This document shows positions 13,271 to 26,300 of a stretch of 62,318 nt of DNA, piece by piece. Source of the stretch: Pocillopora damicornis (Eukaryota); the NCBI RefSeq assembly GCF_003704095.1, contig NW_020843911.1, positions 62,001 through 124,318 of the forward strand, in the 5' to 3' direction. The notes below the pieces were generated by a model. That model was not told the origin of the DNA, did no database searches, and was given only the letters and a program-made list of their open reading frames with translations. The position numbers were made by a program, and so were the translations under genes. How positions within the stretch are numbered: the first letter of the stretch is position 1; every line of letters begins with the position of its first letter.

Positions 13271-16200
13271 GCTGATAAAACTCAAGTAATTGCTGGTTGT
13301 AATTTGTTCTACAAGCGGTGTATCGAGACGCTGTCTCAGTCTCTCAGATGAAGGTTAATTGCCCTTGCTTTAAAGTGTCATTTAGCGCTCTGAGCAGAGC
13401 TGAGTCACAGATTCACTCATCTAATACTGCCACACCCACGGTTCATATAGCTTAACCTCGTCATTTACGAGCCGTTTTTGAATTGTGGTCCAAAAAGTCA
13501 AAACAAAACCAGCCACACCTGCCCTTACGACTATGCGGTGTTTATAAGTTACGTTCAGCTCGGTGTACATGTTGTATCGGAATTCCTTTGTTTTTCGACG
13601 TCGCGGCAGATGGCTTTGTTTGCGACAAACATTTGTTCATTTTGACTTGCTCTAAGTGGTCTACTAACCGTTTAAAGGACTAAAGCATTAATGCTTCTGA
13701 TGTCATGTTTGTGACTTTTGCGCTTTGATATGTTTTCACAATATTTGCCTTGAGGTGCAATTCGATCAAAGTGGCAATGTGCTTTTGCACGCCTCAGTAG
13801 GTTTGAAAAGTTAGTTTTTTTTATGGTTTAACCTTCTCCGAGACAATTTCTGTGTAACACAATCGGGATTAAAAACATTCCTTTAGAAGTGATCTCAATG
13901 ATAAAGCTCTGAATTCCTTTTCCAGCAGTTGGCCGTAGCCAAGTAACCTGTACTCTTAAATTTCTATAGAAACTGCGCTGCGGCGATGACGATACAAACA
14001 GACGCCGTTCAGGATGTAACCACTCGAATCGGTTTCAACTGAAACAAGTCAAACCAAAGGCTTACCAAACAGCTTAACGCACCACGCAGTGGTTCTGTAA
14101 TTGTCAGCTGTACAACAGTATTGTAAAGACCCTCCTTCCACAGGTGTTCGTGTAGCTAACTTTGCATAACAAGCACACCCTACTCGATGGCACGCTTAGA
14201 TCCTTTGTTCTAGAACAGCTGTGGCACGTGGTCGCAAGGAGGTCGAATTCCGCCGCTGTTTTGTTTGACTTTGTTAACGAGCTCGTGTCGTTTTACATAT
14301 ATTTGCCCCCGAAAATCCCAAAGAGGATCGAATGTTCTTGCTCTGATTATCAAAGATAACGTTTTCTCACTTACTGCATCTAAACAGATTTGTTGGTGAC
14401 GAAGCGAATATTTTGTCGCGGAGAAGTATGTAACATACACGTGCCGTCCCTATTATATTTTAAGCGTCCTTACGCAACCAATTGATCCGTTTGATAAGTG
14501 AGAATTTTGTTTTCCTCTGAAATATTTTTCTCTATCTCAAACATTTTAGCCGCTTTTTGTAAGTGTTTTGACTTTTCTTTAATACTTTATATACCTTACT
14601 GGCGTCTGACCTGTCGAACACCGAGGCGCGAGATAGCTTTGCGTGTCTTGAGGCATATTGGCTATTCATACAACCATTGTTTTAAAAGCCATGTGTGCGC
14701 TTTTGTTTGGACTAATACAAGAACTAATGGAAAAAGTATTAGTATTGATGGCGTCTTTTAATATGCAAATTCAAACAACTTTTAATGAACTCGAAATGTT
14801 AATTTCTTCACTCAATACCACGCTACTTGAGAAGTGATTTTGTTTCGTAGCTCGTTATTGCAAAATCGACCCAAGATATTTGCTTTTGTTGTCATGGGAA
14901 AATATCGTTTCGTAAGACAACTCACGAGTTTCTCTTTTGAAATTTCCAATAAAATTGCATCTTAAATGCCTCGGATGTTAATGTTATCACTGCGCCGTTA
15001 AGACGCGCCAGTCCTATCTATTTCGCACGCGTTCTTTAAAGCACTTGCTCTTGATCTTTATACAAAGGACACCGGAAAGATGTCTCCGTTAGTTTTGTTT
15101 CAGGTCATATCTGATGGATATAATGAAAACAGTTTCCGTGCTCTCGTTACGCATTAGTTGAATGCCTCCGGCGATATTAGAAGCTAAATACGATATATTT
15201 TTTCCCAAAGCAATTAATTCAACACAACTCTCTTTTTTGTCACGGTGTTACGCACGAGCCAAGGCAACCATTTCCGCCTTTTCACATTGAGTAAGGGCGA
15301 AGGTGCCAGGTCGGCGAACGTGATCAAAGTGACAAACTGAATTCCAAAAGCATAATCTTATGAAGAAGGCCGCTAGTTTAGGATATGAAATGTTTTTTTC
15401 CTAACTGATATAGGATCAGGTAAATTCATGGATCGGAAAAAGGGGTTTTCAGTGGTAATTTCAATGCTCTCGTACACGTCGATAACTGGATTTCTGAAAA
15501 GTTCGCACCACACACTTAATCGAAGAGGAAAGTGTCTTCAGCTCCGTTTGATACCTCTTTAGTTTCTCCAGGATGATTCACGTTGCTGCCATGCCATAGG
15601 TCATCACAAATTAAATTGTCTTGAACTAGAGTTAATCTCAATGTTTTTCGTCACTCCTGTCGCTTATCAGACAATTGATCAACTCTGCAGCTTTTCTGTG
15701 GCTAGATGTGATAATTATTGGCCAAACCGCAGAAAAATTTTATCACGTTTCCTCTCCATAAGTCGGTATTTGTACTTGTAATTAACTTTGCACGTACTTG
15801 AGGCCAGAGCGAACCACAAATTGTCGCTGTATCGTGCGTCAATGTTTGTAGACCTTTTTGAGGAAGAAACTTCTCACGTAACAACTCCGCACTGTCACAG
15901 CGCCAAACCGAGCCAGTTGTCCTCATGTCGAAGCTTTCCCGTACTAAGAAATAATCACCAACTGTTCGACGTGACGAGAATACGACTTAAAAACCTTCCT
16001 GACGTTCCTCTGTGCTGGTTTCCAGGCGTCAGTGCTGAACCAAGAGCATCTCTAAAGAGGTTATAATTAGAAGCAATTAAATCCATATTCTCTTACTGAC
16101 ACGCGCCGTACTCATTAATCGCTATTCAGGATGAGGCATCAATTCGTGTTACGAAATCCGCTCGTTTTTTGCGCAGCACTGTCCTGTCACCGAGTGACAG

Positions 16201-17358
16201 AGTTCTGGTGGGGTTGTTATCTAAAAGTGGCTCTTGGACTGTATATCTTGCATCTAACGTGCTTTATCCCTATTGATGCTCTTGTAAATCGGACAGGTTG
16301 TGACCAATTCTTCTCTGTAGGTGGTCTCAGGGGTTAAAAGTCCCAAAAACTGAGAGCAAAGTCTGTGCTTTTATTTTCTTTGTGATTATGCACTGATCAG
16401 CTTGCCTTGTTGAACCCAGGTGCAGCATTGTGTGTTGTCCGCAAGGGACTTTGCTTGGCGTCTATCACCCATAAAACAAGCGAGACGCGTCCCTATTCTT
16501 CTCCAGTCTTTGGTGGCACGCGCCGTATGTATTGTGTACTCAGTGTTTCCTATTACCATTTGTTAAATGCAAACCACACTATTTAGTTTAGCCTTTTCCT
16601 GTAAACATTTAAAATCCTTTTCGCGGCATTCTAATATGCCGCTTGTTGCTTTAATGTAAAAGCATAATAAAATCTCAGACAATGATTATTTTCGGCGCAG
16701 ATATTACGGAATTGTCTGATTTCTGCAGGTGAATTTATAGATATTCAAATCCTGTGCGGCCTTTTGCCTTTTTGCCTTCTCTGCGCCGTGATCGTAAATA
16801 GCTTTAATAGTTTCGTTTATTAAATGTGTTTGAGGTAAAAATCTTCTCCGGCTTTGGCGTTGTGAATTTTCCGCTAACATGGATTATCCCTAAGCTTGAT
16901 GTGCAGATGAATTGACGCGATAAAATTAAAGATATTTCCGCGCCTGCTGTAAGGGAGTTAGCGAAGACCAACTGGAAGAAACGTGATATGTCTTATCAAG
17001 GTCATTTCAAGAGTGGTGTTAAAAGATTCCAAGAAGCTAGGAATAAATTTCTTGTGGAAAATGTTTACAGTTCTCTTCTGTTTAGCCAATCCACGCCAAT
17101 TTTAGAGGACATAAGTGTACCCATGGGTATCATGTTGCGTCACTAATTAATCTACGCATGCTCATTAACATTACCGCGCCTTCAACAACACCACATCTGT
17201 CTTCTGTTTTTCCATAATCACACTGAATCTTATGATTTGCAAGTGAGCTGAGCTCGCATCGCATCGACAGGGCGGCCTTTCATGTCGCACGCAGAAGAAC
17301 ACCAAATTTCGGCCGCAATTCCCAAGGCTACACTAAATTCTACATAGTGATTTAAGCG

Positions 17359-20300
17359 ATGGCCGTCGGCCTGCTTCTTAAAAGTGTATTTTTCGAACTG
17401 CTACTTCAATTCATTCATGTGCAGGTAGACCTTGTGCTAGCTAAGTGGTGAATTCTCGTGTTTTGGTCAGGTGTAATGCTCACGTCTGGAAAATTTTTTG
17501 CGAGTCTGACTTATAAACGAATTTTTACTTGTGTTCCTTTTTCGCAGATTGTCACCGGAGCGGGCACATTCGAAATCCACTTGGTTTCGATACAAAATAT
17601 TAGAGGTGAGAAATACGATGGTAGCTGCTGTGATGGGAGTCGCACAATATATCGAGGACAACATCAATGCCTGGACGAGTGCGACACATTCTTCAGAGTT
17701 TGTCTCAAGCAATACTCGCAATCTGTTTCGCCAACGGGTGCTTGTACATTTGGCGAGCACACAACTGCTGTATTAGGAGGGAGTTCGATCACATTTACGA
17801 ACACTACATCGCCGAGTGGTTTTCGCAACCCGATTTCTTTACGCTTCGAGTTTTCATGGCTGGTAAGTCATTGTAAATCCTGTTCAATGTTATCTTAGAA
17901 TACCATGGGTTTTGGTGTCACTTTGTTTGACGATTTCCGTTATTTTTTTTAAATCTGAAGAAAATTCAGCGTAATAATGTGGATTAAATTTATGCGACGT
18001 TCACGCAGATGGGATATGTTTTTCAATAATAAAAATTTAATGTAACCGCGTCTAACAGCCGCTTTTAGCCAAAAAAGAGAGAGTGCTGTAAGGAAATTAT
18101 TTGGAATTTTTTTTAAAGAGATTTTTATAGGAGCTGTATTAATCGTAAATGCGACCGCTGGGAGCACGCTCCCACGAACAATCATTTCACTTGGAAGTTT
18201 GCATTTCAAAAAATCAATTCTCTCATTGGCTCTCGGAAGCCTCTCAGAGAAGCACGTTCATTTTACAGAATCGACAACTTCGTCTCAGCGAAAAATCGAA
18301 GAAATAAATACAGCTGCAACTATTTAAACAGGCCGCGCTGGGCAAAACCTGTTTCAAACTTATTTTCTCTGAGAGCATCGCATTAGAGATTTTTAAGGTT
18401 GTTTATCCTAGATTGTAGCGTAGTTTCTGGGCCACGTGTCTTCAGTTTGACAGCCTTTTGTGAGAATTATGTTAATTATGGGAGTTACGTTGTATTTGCA
18501 ACACAATGATAGCTACTGACTGGAAAAATCAAAGAATCAGCGTCGAAGCCGCATGGCCGAGGCGCGAATTATTCGTTGAGTGTTTAGCTTCACCTGCAAT
18601 AGAAACGAAGTGTTGTGGGCTTCCGACTTGTCAATTTCATAGATGTATATTTCAAGATATTAACGCATGCGAAATTGTTTATTTTCGACTTTCCCACGTT
18701 CACCGGGCCCTAAATAAATAATTCTCGATTCGTTACTTCGTACCTACTGGAAGTATTACAATGCAATTAAACTTTCAATTGATAGCATGCTCTAGAGAAA
18801 TGACTGGTTGCCAATGGAGTTGATCTTTATTCTGTCTCCTTCAGCATTGTTTGATTTCGATTCGTGGGTTTCATGATCGACACAAGAGCCTTTTATTAAC
18901 TCGGGTAGATCGCGGTGGTTTGTTGATTTCATTAAACCTCTTTTTCATCTTTTCTCTTCATTGAATAGAAGTGACACATGTGCCGAATTATGTTTTAGAA
19001 GAATACAATTCCCAGTTGACGGACTTGATGAAAATATATTTATTTCATTTCTCGTTGCGCGGGAGCGCTTTAGATTACCTTTTACAAGGAATTCCTAAGG
19101 GCTTTTGATTTTACAAAATTTGCTAGTTTGCTGTGACTGTGAAAATTGTTTGGGTCATCTAGTGTTTTTTTATTAGTTTTCTTTATATTATCTGCATGGT
19201 GTCCGATTGTGATCAAAGAATACATATCAAATTCCACTCAAAATAGATTAATCCTTTACTTATGAGACCTTGTGTTCTTTGTGGTTTTTGTCCACTGCCT
19301 GTGGCATCTTAATGCTTGTGATTATATGGTATCCATGAGGTCAGAGCATTGGAGAAAAAAGTTATCTTTTACAGTGGTACATGTCAAAATAATCTAAAAT
19401 TCTGTCCATGGAATGTTTTGTAATTTCCCTTCAGCTTTATGTAAAGCATTAGAAATTGCTGTGAGATGTTTGGAATTTTGCTGTCTGCTCTTTGAATTTT
19501 GAATTAATTACAGTTTTTATTTGCTTTACTGTTTAGCATATGACTATTTGCTACAACTAAAAGCTTAGATAGGTTTTTCCAGAACCTGTAACTTTACATC
19601 ATTTCATTACAAAGCTTGCAAAGTGAGTTTTATATAATTTCAAATATTTGCTGTGTCTTTTTAAGGGGACTTAATAAAGAGTTATACCTTAAAATTTGTG
19701 TGCCACTAATTAATTGTTTTGAGTCAGTCAAAAACATCCTTAGCTTATTCCTGATAACACGTAAGAAGTCAAATCATTAGTCTGCCTTAAAAGCCAAAAA
19801 TGTTAAGTCCAATATAATTTTATTGTTTCTTAAAGATGTGTGTAAATTTTCTTTTTTTGATCTTTGTGCTATCAAAAATGTTGGAAATATAGATGTGTTA
19901 GATTGAAACACAAGACTTAATGTAAAGCATGAATTGCAAATAAGCCAAAATACATTATGGTTTCCTCCTTTTACCAGACTGAGATAAAATTTTGCAGTGC
20001 CTAATAACTATTTTCCAAACAATTCTTTGCTTGACACAGGTTTTTTCATTATTGTTCACAGTCTCTTAAAATAGGTTTATAGAATGAAAAAATGGATTAG
20101 TCTTATTGATTCTGCAAGTTTTGTGTTAGTTTTATTGAAAGAATAGTTTCTCTCTTCTTAGGTAAACAATTTGGGAAGAAACAGAATCAATCATATTTCT
20201 TATTTGCACTGTAGAAATTTATTCAGCTGTCAAAAGTAGCTTGGTCCATTTGTAACAAAAGAGGACTTGTGTTTGGAAGTACATGTCAGTGTTGTATTAC

Positions 20301-23300
20301 CAGTACTTCTACAAGGCTTGCTCTTTATTGGAATATGGCTGCTAGCAGTGTGAACCTGATGATCTTAAGCCTGTGTTCGTTTCAGATGCATAAGAAATGA
20401 GAGAAGATTGCAAATTAACTTTCGAACTTAACCCCCCTTTGTAAACATTTCTAGTAAGATCCATGGGTTGCTTTTGTGACCATAAATTCTCATGTAAGCA
20501 ATGTTTGAATTTACAGGTGCTATTTTCTCCCCATTTTTTCCAAATTTAATTAAGACCATAGCAGGAATAGTATCATATTATGATCTTTCCTGTGCTTACT
20601 TTGGAGGAAATTTGTCTTGTGTCACAGTTTAGCTTGAAACTAGTTCATTGATGGATCCAGTCAGAGTTTCAAAAATTTTCTTGGAACTTCTCACTAGGCT
20701 AGTGTTTCAAAGGTGTTAATCATTTATTATGAAAACTCTTGCTGGAAGCTAGCATTCCCTCAGAATTCCTAGCCAAATTTCTAAAATGTGTGCATATAAC
20801 TTTACGTTCTTTGTTTTGGTATGGAACTTTGTTCTTGAATATCTTCATTTTGAAATTGAATGAAGTGAGTTTTGGAATTGTAGAATCACTCTGTCACAAA
20901 AAAAAAAAAATAAATAAAATAAATACTCTATTTAATGATGAACTTTTTCACCAAAAAAAGCTTGTTATAGAAAATATTGTAATTTGTAACTGTTTCTCTT
21001 ATCAAGGAATCTCTGAATTCATATTTGCCATAGTATTTCTTGTGTTGCATTTGAGTCTCAGTCGTCTTTCTAAAAATCTTTTAACTTCAAATCTTTTGTT
21101 TGTGATAATAAGTTGAATAATAGATGACACATTAATAAATACTAAATTTTTAATCAACAGAGTAGTATAAAAATTGTTACAACTCACAGAATCTGGGACA
21201 TCTTTTTTTTTCATGGAGGGGATTCAAAAGAGTGGAATTTTTAAATAAAGCAAAAAAAGAATAGAATTTGTATAGAGCAATGTTAGGTTGAGAGTAAACA
21301 ACTTTGGCTAAATTTTACATACATGTATTAAATGTTATTGTCATCAAGGGTTTTAAACTTGACTTTATAGCCAAGTTCATAACTCTCATAGTTTAAGTTA
21401 TCAGGAAATCTATGTGCAACTCATTTGTTTGTGTTTATTTGTAAGAACCACAACCTAAGGTGAACATGTTTTTTCACATGTTTTATACGATGGCCTCTGC
21501 TCTATATATTTTATTGAAAAATTCCTTTTTTCATAACACTTTTTTGTCTTTCACGTCCATTATGCTCTGAATGTATGACAGTGTTTGTGCTAACAAAGCT
21601 GGGAAAATACTGATTGAAAGGTTGCCTAATATTTTCAAAGCAGCTGTTGGAAGGAATTTCAAATATTTTGAAATGAGTTTCTGAAAATCCTCTGATTTAT
21701 CTCTTATATGAAAAAGAAAAATTTCAAGTTTTATTCTGAATTTGTGATCATTGTTCCTTTCACATCTTTTTTTATGCCAAGAGCATTGAGTTTCTTGATT
21801 ATCTGTAATTTCTCTTCATAATGTGAGTCACGTTTTAATTTTTTGAATGCTTAGTGCTGGGAAACAGCATCTATTGTGCTTGAGTTATTGTCATCACCTA
21901 ACAGAAAACTTATGTGTGTCATGCAAGTGCTAAACTGGTCATATGCTGTTTTCTCTCATTTCAGACCACATACTACCTAATTCTGGAAGCATGGGATGCA
22001 GATAACTCAAGTAAGGTTCATCTCTACCTGAATGGTGCAAAGCGTATAAGACTTTTTCTTGCATGACTGAAGCCTTTCATACTTTTTAATAAATGCATTG
22101 TCCTAATGGATATCTTCATTCAATATTGTTACCATACATGAAGTTGTTATGGAAATATGCAGAAGATTGTTTTCAATCCATATCTTGGCAAGTTCTGTCT
22201 CTCAACAAAAATTAAATGAGTTATGTTATTTTAATGTGCAATCTCTCTTTTAATCCTCCTGTGGAATAAATGGAGTTTTTGTCTGTATCTATCATGAATT
22301 GCCAATATGGCACAACTTCAAATATATCTGTTTTCATGAATATTGAAGGAAACAGCAAACTCAGCTCTCCAGTTGAATGTAGTTAGAATATACTAAAAAT
22401 TTACTAATACTTGGGGAGGTATTGAATGACTTTCATGTACTCTTTGTTGAATTTTTCTCAAACTTGCCTTGGGGTGAACTAAAATTATTGGGGCTTTTGC
22501 TTAACTTTAATCAACAAACTGCCTCTTTTTCCCCTATTAGGCAACCGTGAACTCATAGATAGAGCAACCCAGCGAGGTACACTACTTCCAAACAAGACAT
22601 GGGTAATTCATACATACAATGGCCCTGCAGCAACAATTAGTTACAGATTAAGGGTGGTATGTGACAAATATTACTATGGGAAGACTTGTACTGAGTTGTG
22701 CAAACCACGAAATGACACATTTGGACATTATTCTTGCAATGAGAATGGGAAAAAAGTTTGTTTGCCTGGATGGAGAGGGCATTTGTGCGATACAGGTAAG
22801 TATCAACGTGCTTAAAACTGATCAGTTTCTTTACAATTGTGCCATTAAAAAGCTATAAAGTACAGGTAAACATAACATATTGTGTTTTTTTTCTTCTCTA
22901 GCAATCTGTAAAACAGGCTGTGATCCAGTGCATGGTACTTGTAGTGTTCCAGGCGAATGCAAGTAAGTGGTGACATTTTGGGGTTAATTTTTTTTTTCTT
23001 AATAAGAATAAGTCTTATTTGGTGACATGGTCATGTTACTTATCAACTGTTTTAAGTATTCATTGCAATTCAATGTTAATTTTTTTGAAATGGGTTGTGT
23101 TTGTTTCAGCTGTAACTCAGGCTGGAAAGGGGAACTTTGCGATGAATGTCGGCCCTACCCAGGCTGTTCTCATGGAACTTGCAGTCAGCCATGGCAGTGC
23201 AACTGTCAGCAGCAATGGGGTGGAATTCTTTGTGATGAAGGTAAAAGAAGCTTGTGTTCAATAGGGTTGTGTTTCATTCTTAAATCTTGTCTATCTGCCT

Positions 23301-26300
23301 TTGTATTGTTGTAGCTTCACAGATTTCCGGTCTGATGGTGCTTAATTTTTTGACAGATCTGAACAAATGCAGAGAAAAACCTTGTAAGAATGGAGGTATA
23401 TGTTATAACACAGAAGCCAATCAGTACAGATGTGAATGTCAAGCTGGATTTACTGGGGTCAACTGCGAGACAGCAATCGACTTTTGTGGATCATCTCCTT
23501 GCAAGAATAATGGAACTTGTCATAATGATGCCACTGATTTCCGCTGTAACTGTCCGCCAGGTTGGGCTGGGCCCACTTGTGAAATAAGTAAGCTTAACTT
23601 TGCAAAGTTGGGTGTCTCAGTATTTGTTAAAATGAAATTATGTTTTTGTACAGGAATAATTCTTAAATTGTTGAATGTGTTTTTTAGGTAGGGACTGTCA
23701 AAGTCAACCTTGTCAGAATAATGGAACATGCATTAACAATGGCCAGGGTTACCAGTGTAAATGTTTACCAGGCTGGACAGGACACATGTGTGGTCAAGGT
23801 TAGTTGTTCTCCTTTTTGAACTGTTTTTTTTATTTTTTCTTCCTAATGGTCCAACAAACATTAAGGAAAAGCAAGCATATAATTGATATTAGATTAGGAA
23901 GGACTTTGACATGACCATGACCGCTCTTTCATTATTTTGTCCCTTCTCAATGTCCCATCATCTCTTCTTGCCCCTCCCTAAGGGAAATACAGACTGCTTG
24001 CAAAATTTTGGTTCCTGAACTTATTCAACAAACTAAAGAACACAGAGTTTTGTTAATTTGATCACAGGATTGTAAAACTGCCTTAATTCAATAAATTTAT
24101 AATCTTATTTAATTTCAATAGACATTGATGAATGTGCAGCCAAACCATGCTCCAATGCTCTGAAGTGTGTTAATTTGGTAAATGACTATGCTTGTGAATG
24201 CAAGGAAGGATGGAAGGGTAGAAACTGCAATGAGAGTGAGTATTGTTCTTGTCTTTCCATTGCACATCCATGCAAATGTATGGCATAGTAGCATAGTATC
24301 TGCAATGCAACTAGCAACAGGAATGATTTTCATGTGGCTTGGGTATTTTCTTTTACCAGGTATCAACGATTGTGTAGGACAGTGTAGAAATGGTGGAACA
24401 TGCGTGGACTTGTTGAATGATTACAAGTGTAACTGTCCCGTTGGATTTACTGGCAAGGATTGCGAGACCAATATCGATGACTGCCAGTCTATCCCATGTA
24501 CTAATAGTGGAGTGTGTAAAGATGGCATTCAGAATTACAGTTGCATTTGCCAAACTGGATTTTCAGGAAAAAATTGTCAAGTTGCAGTAAATGAATGCCA
24601 GCCTTCACCTTGCGTCCATGGAACATGCACGGACTTACTTAATGACTACAAGTGTTCTTGTAGTGCAGGGTATACTGGCAGAAATTGTTCAATGTTGGCA
24701 ACAACACCTAATAGTTGCGACCCATACCCTTGTCAGCATGGAGCCACATGCGTTAAAAACGCTGATGGCTCTGATATCTGTCATTGTCCTCCAGGCTACA
24801 CTGGCTCATATTGTGAAACTGACATCAATGAGTGCTTGACAGCGACGTGTCATAACGGTGGTACATGTGTGGATGCAGCCAATGGATTTAAATGTGTCTG
24901 CCCAACTGGTTTTTCAGGATCAACTTGCCAAGTTGACTTAGACTCGTGCATTAGCTCGCCTTGTCATGGCTCGGCAACATGTGTTGATAAAACAGATGGC
25001 TATCAATGTATATGTGCTGCGGGATACACTGGAGTAAACTGTGATCACAATGTGAATGATTGTGGTACATTGAGTCCTTGTCGCAATGGTGGAACTTGTC
25101 TGGACAGACTCAACGGATACCAGTGTCAATGCAGGTGAGATATGAAATCAGTTACATCAATTTTGTTTTCTTTTGGCAGTTTTTAATTGCCAGAATTTAC
25201 TCGCATCAGTAAGAACTGAGACGTTAAAAGAAAGATTTAAAAGAGTATCAAATATATAGAAGGCTAGTTTACAATGTTATAAAAATGCATTATCTCTGGT
25301 AGTACCGAAATTGGTATTTGACGTGTGATAAAATATCAACCTAACGACAACTCTATGGACAAGCTTACAACATGCTCTTTGTAGTCTCTAGCTAAGTTTG
25401 TAGACTGTAGATAGTTTGGGTGCAAAATCAGAACTGCCAAGAGTGCGAACCCTTCTGTAGAAACTCAGATGTTTTTTAGCGTGCATGCACTTGTGTTGAA
25501 CATTTGCCCACATGTTTTGTTGTTGCGATTGTTATTGCAGGCCAGAGTTTACTGGAGCTGAATGTGATGTCCCCATTAACAAATGCACCAACGAATCTTG
25601 TGTTAACAATGGCACATGCAGCCAAGGTGTTGGAATGATCACTTGTAGTTGCCCCACTGGCTTTACTGGACAGAGATGTGAAACTGAGATTGATGCCTGT
25701 GACTCCAATCCGTGTCACAATGGCGCGACATGTCAAAAGATTGGTGTTAGTTATGCCTGTTCATGTGCAGTTGGTTTCTCTGGGCCTAACTGCGCAACGC
25801 GAATCGATTACTGTGCTAATGTCACTTGTACCAATGGTGGTACATGCAACAATATTGCAGGAAAAGCTTCTTGTAGCTGTTTGCCTGGGTTTGCGGGATT
25901 ACGATGTGAAATCAATATCGACGAGTGTCATTCTAGTCCATGTCGCAATGGAGGTAGCTGCGTAGACAAGGACAACAGTTTTCATTGTGTATGTCCAGCA
26001 GGAACTCGGGGAGACGTTTGCGATCAAGGTAAATTCGTAAAAATTATCACCATGTTCTATGCTGTGTTGATGTCTGAATAGCAAGTCAGCTTGTTGGTCT
26101 CTATCGATGCATCCATGAAGTTTCCCAACGTCAAAAACCCATTTTCTTTACTACAAAATTTCGATATATAAATTCTATATCTTACTCATGTTATTTCTGT
26201 TTTAATTTTTATTAGTGATCGATCCATGCTTGGAGCCTGTTTTAGTGAATGGATCCTCATTTTTGAGAGATTCCGGCGTATGTGGAGCTTATGGTACCTG

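Noticed and set aside
770-16337. Many short ORFs (60-104 aa) in the upstream 17 kb
   Set aside because: No recognisable domains, often non-ATG starts, low-complexity composition and no consistent exon chain. Expected by chance.
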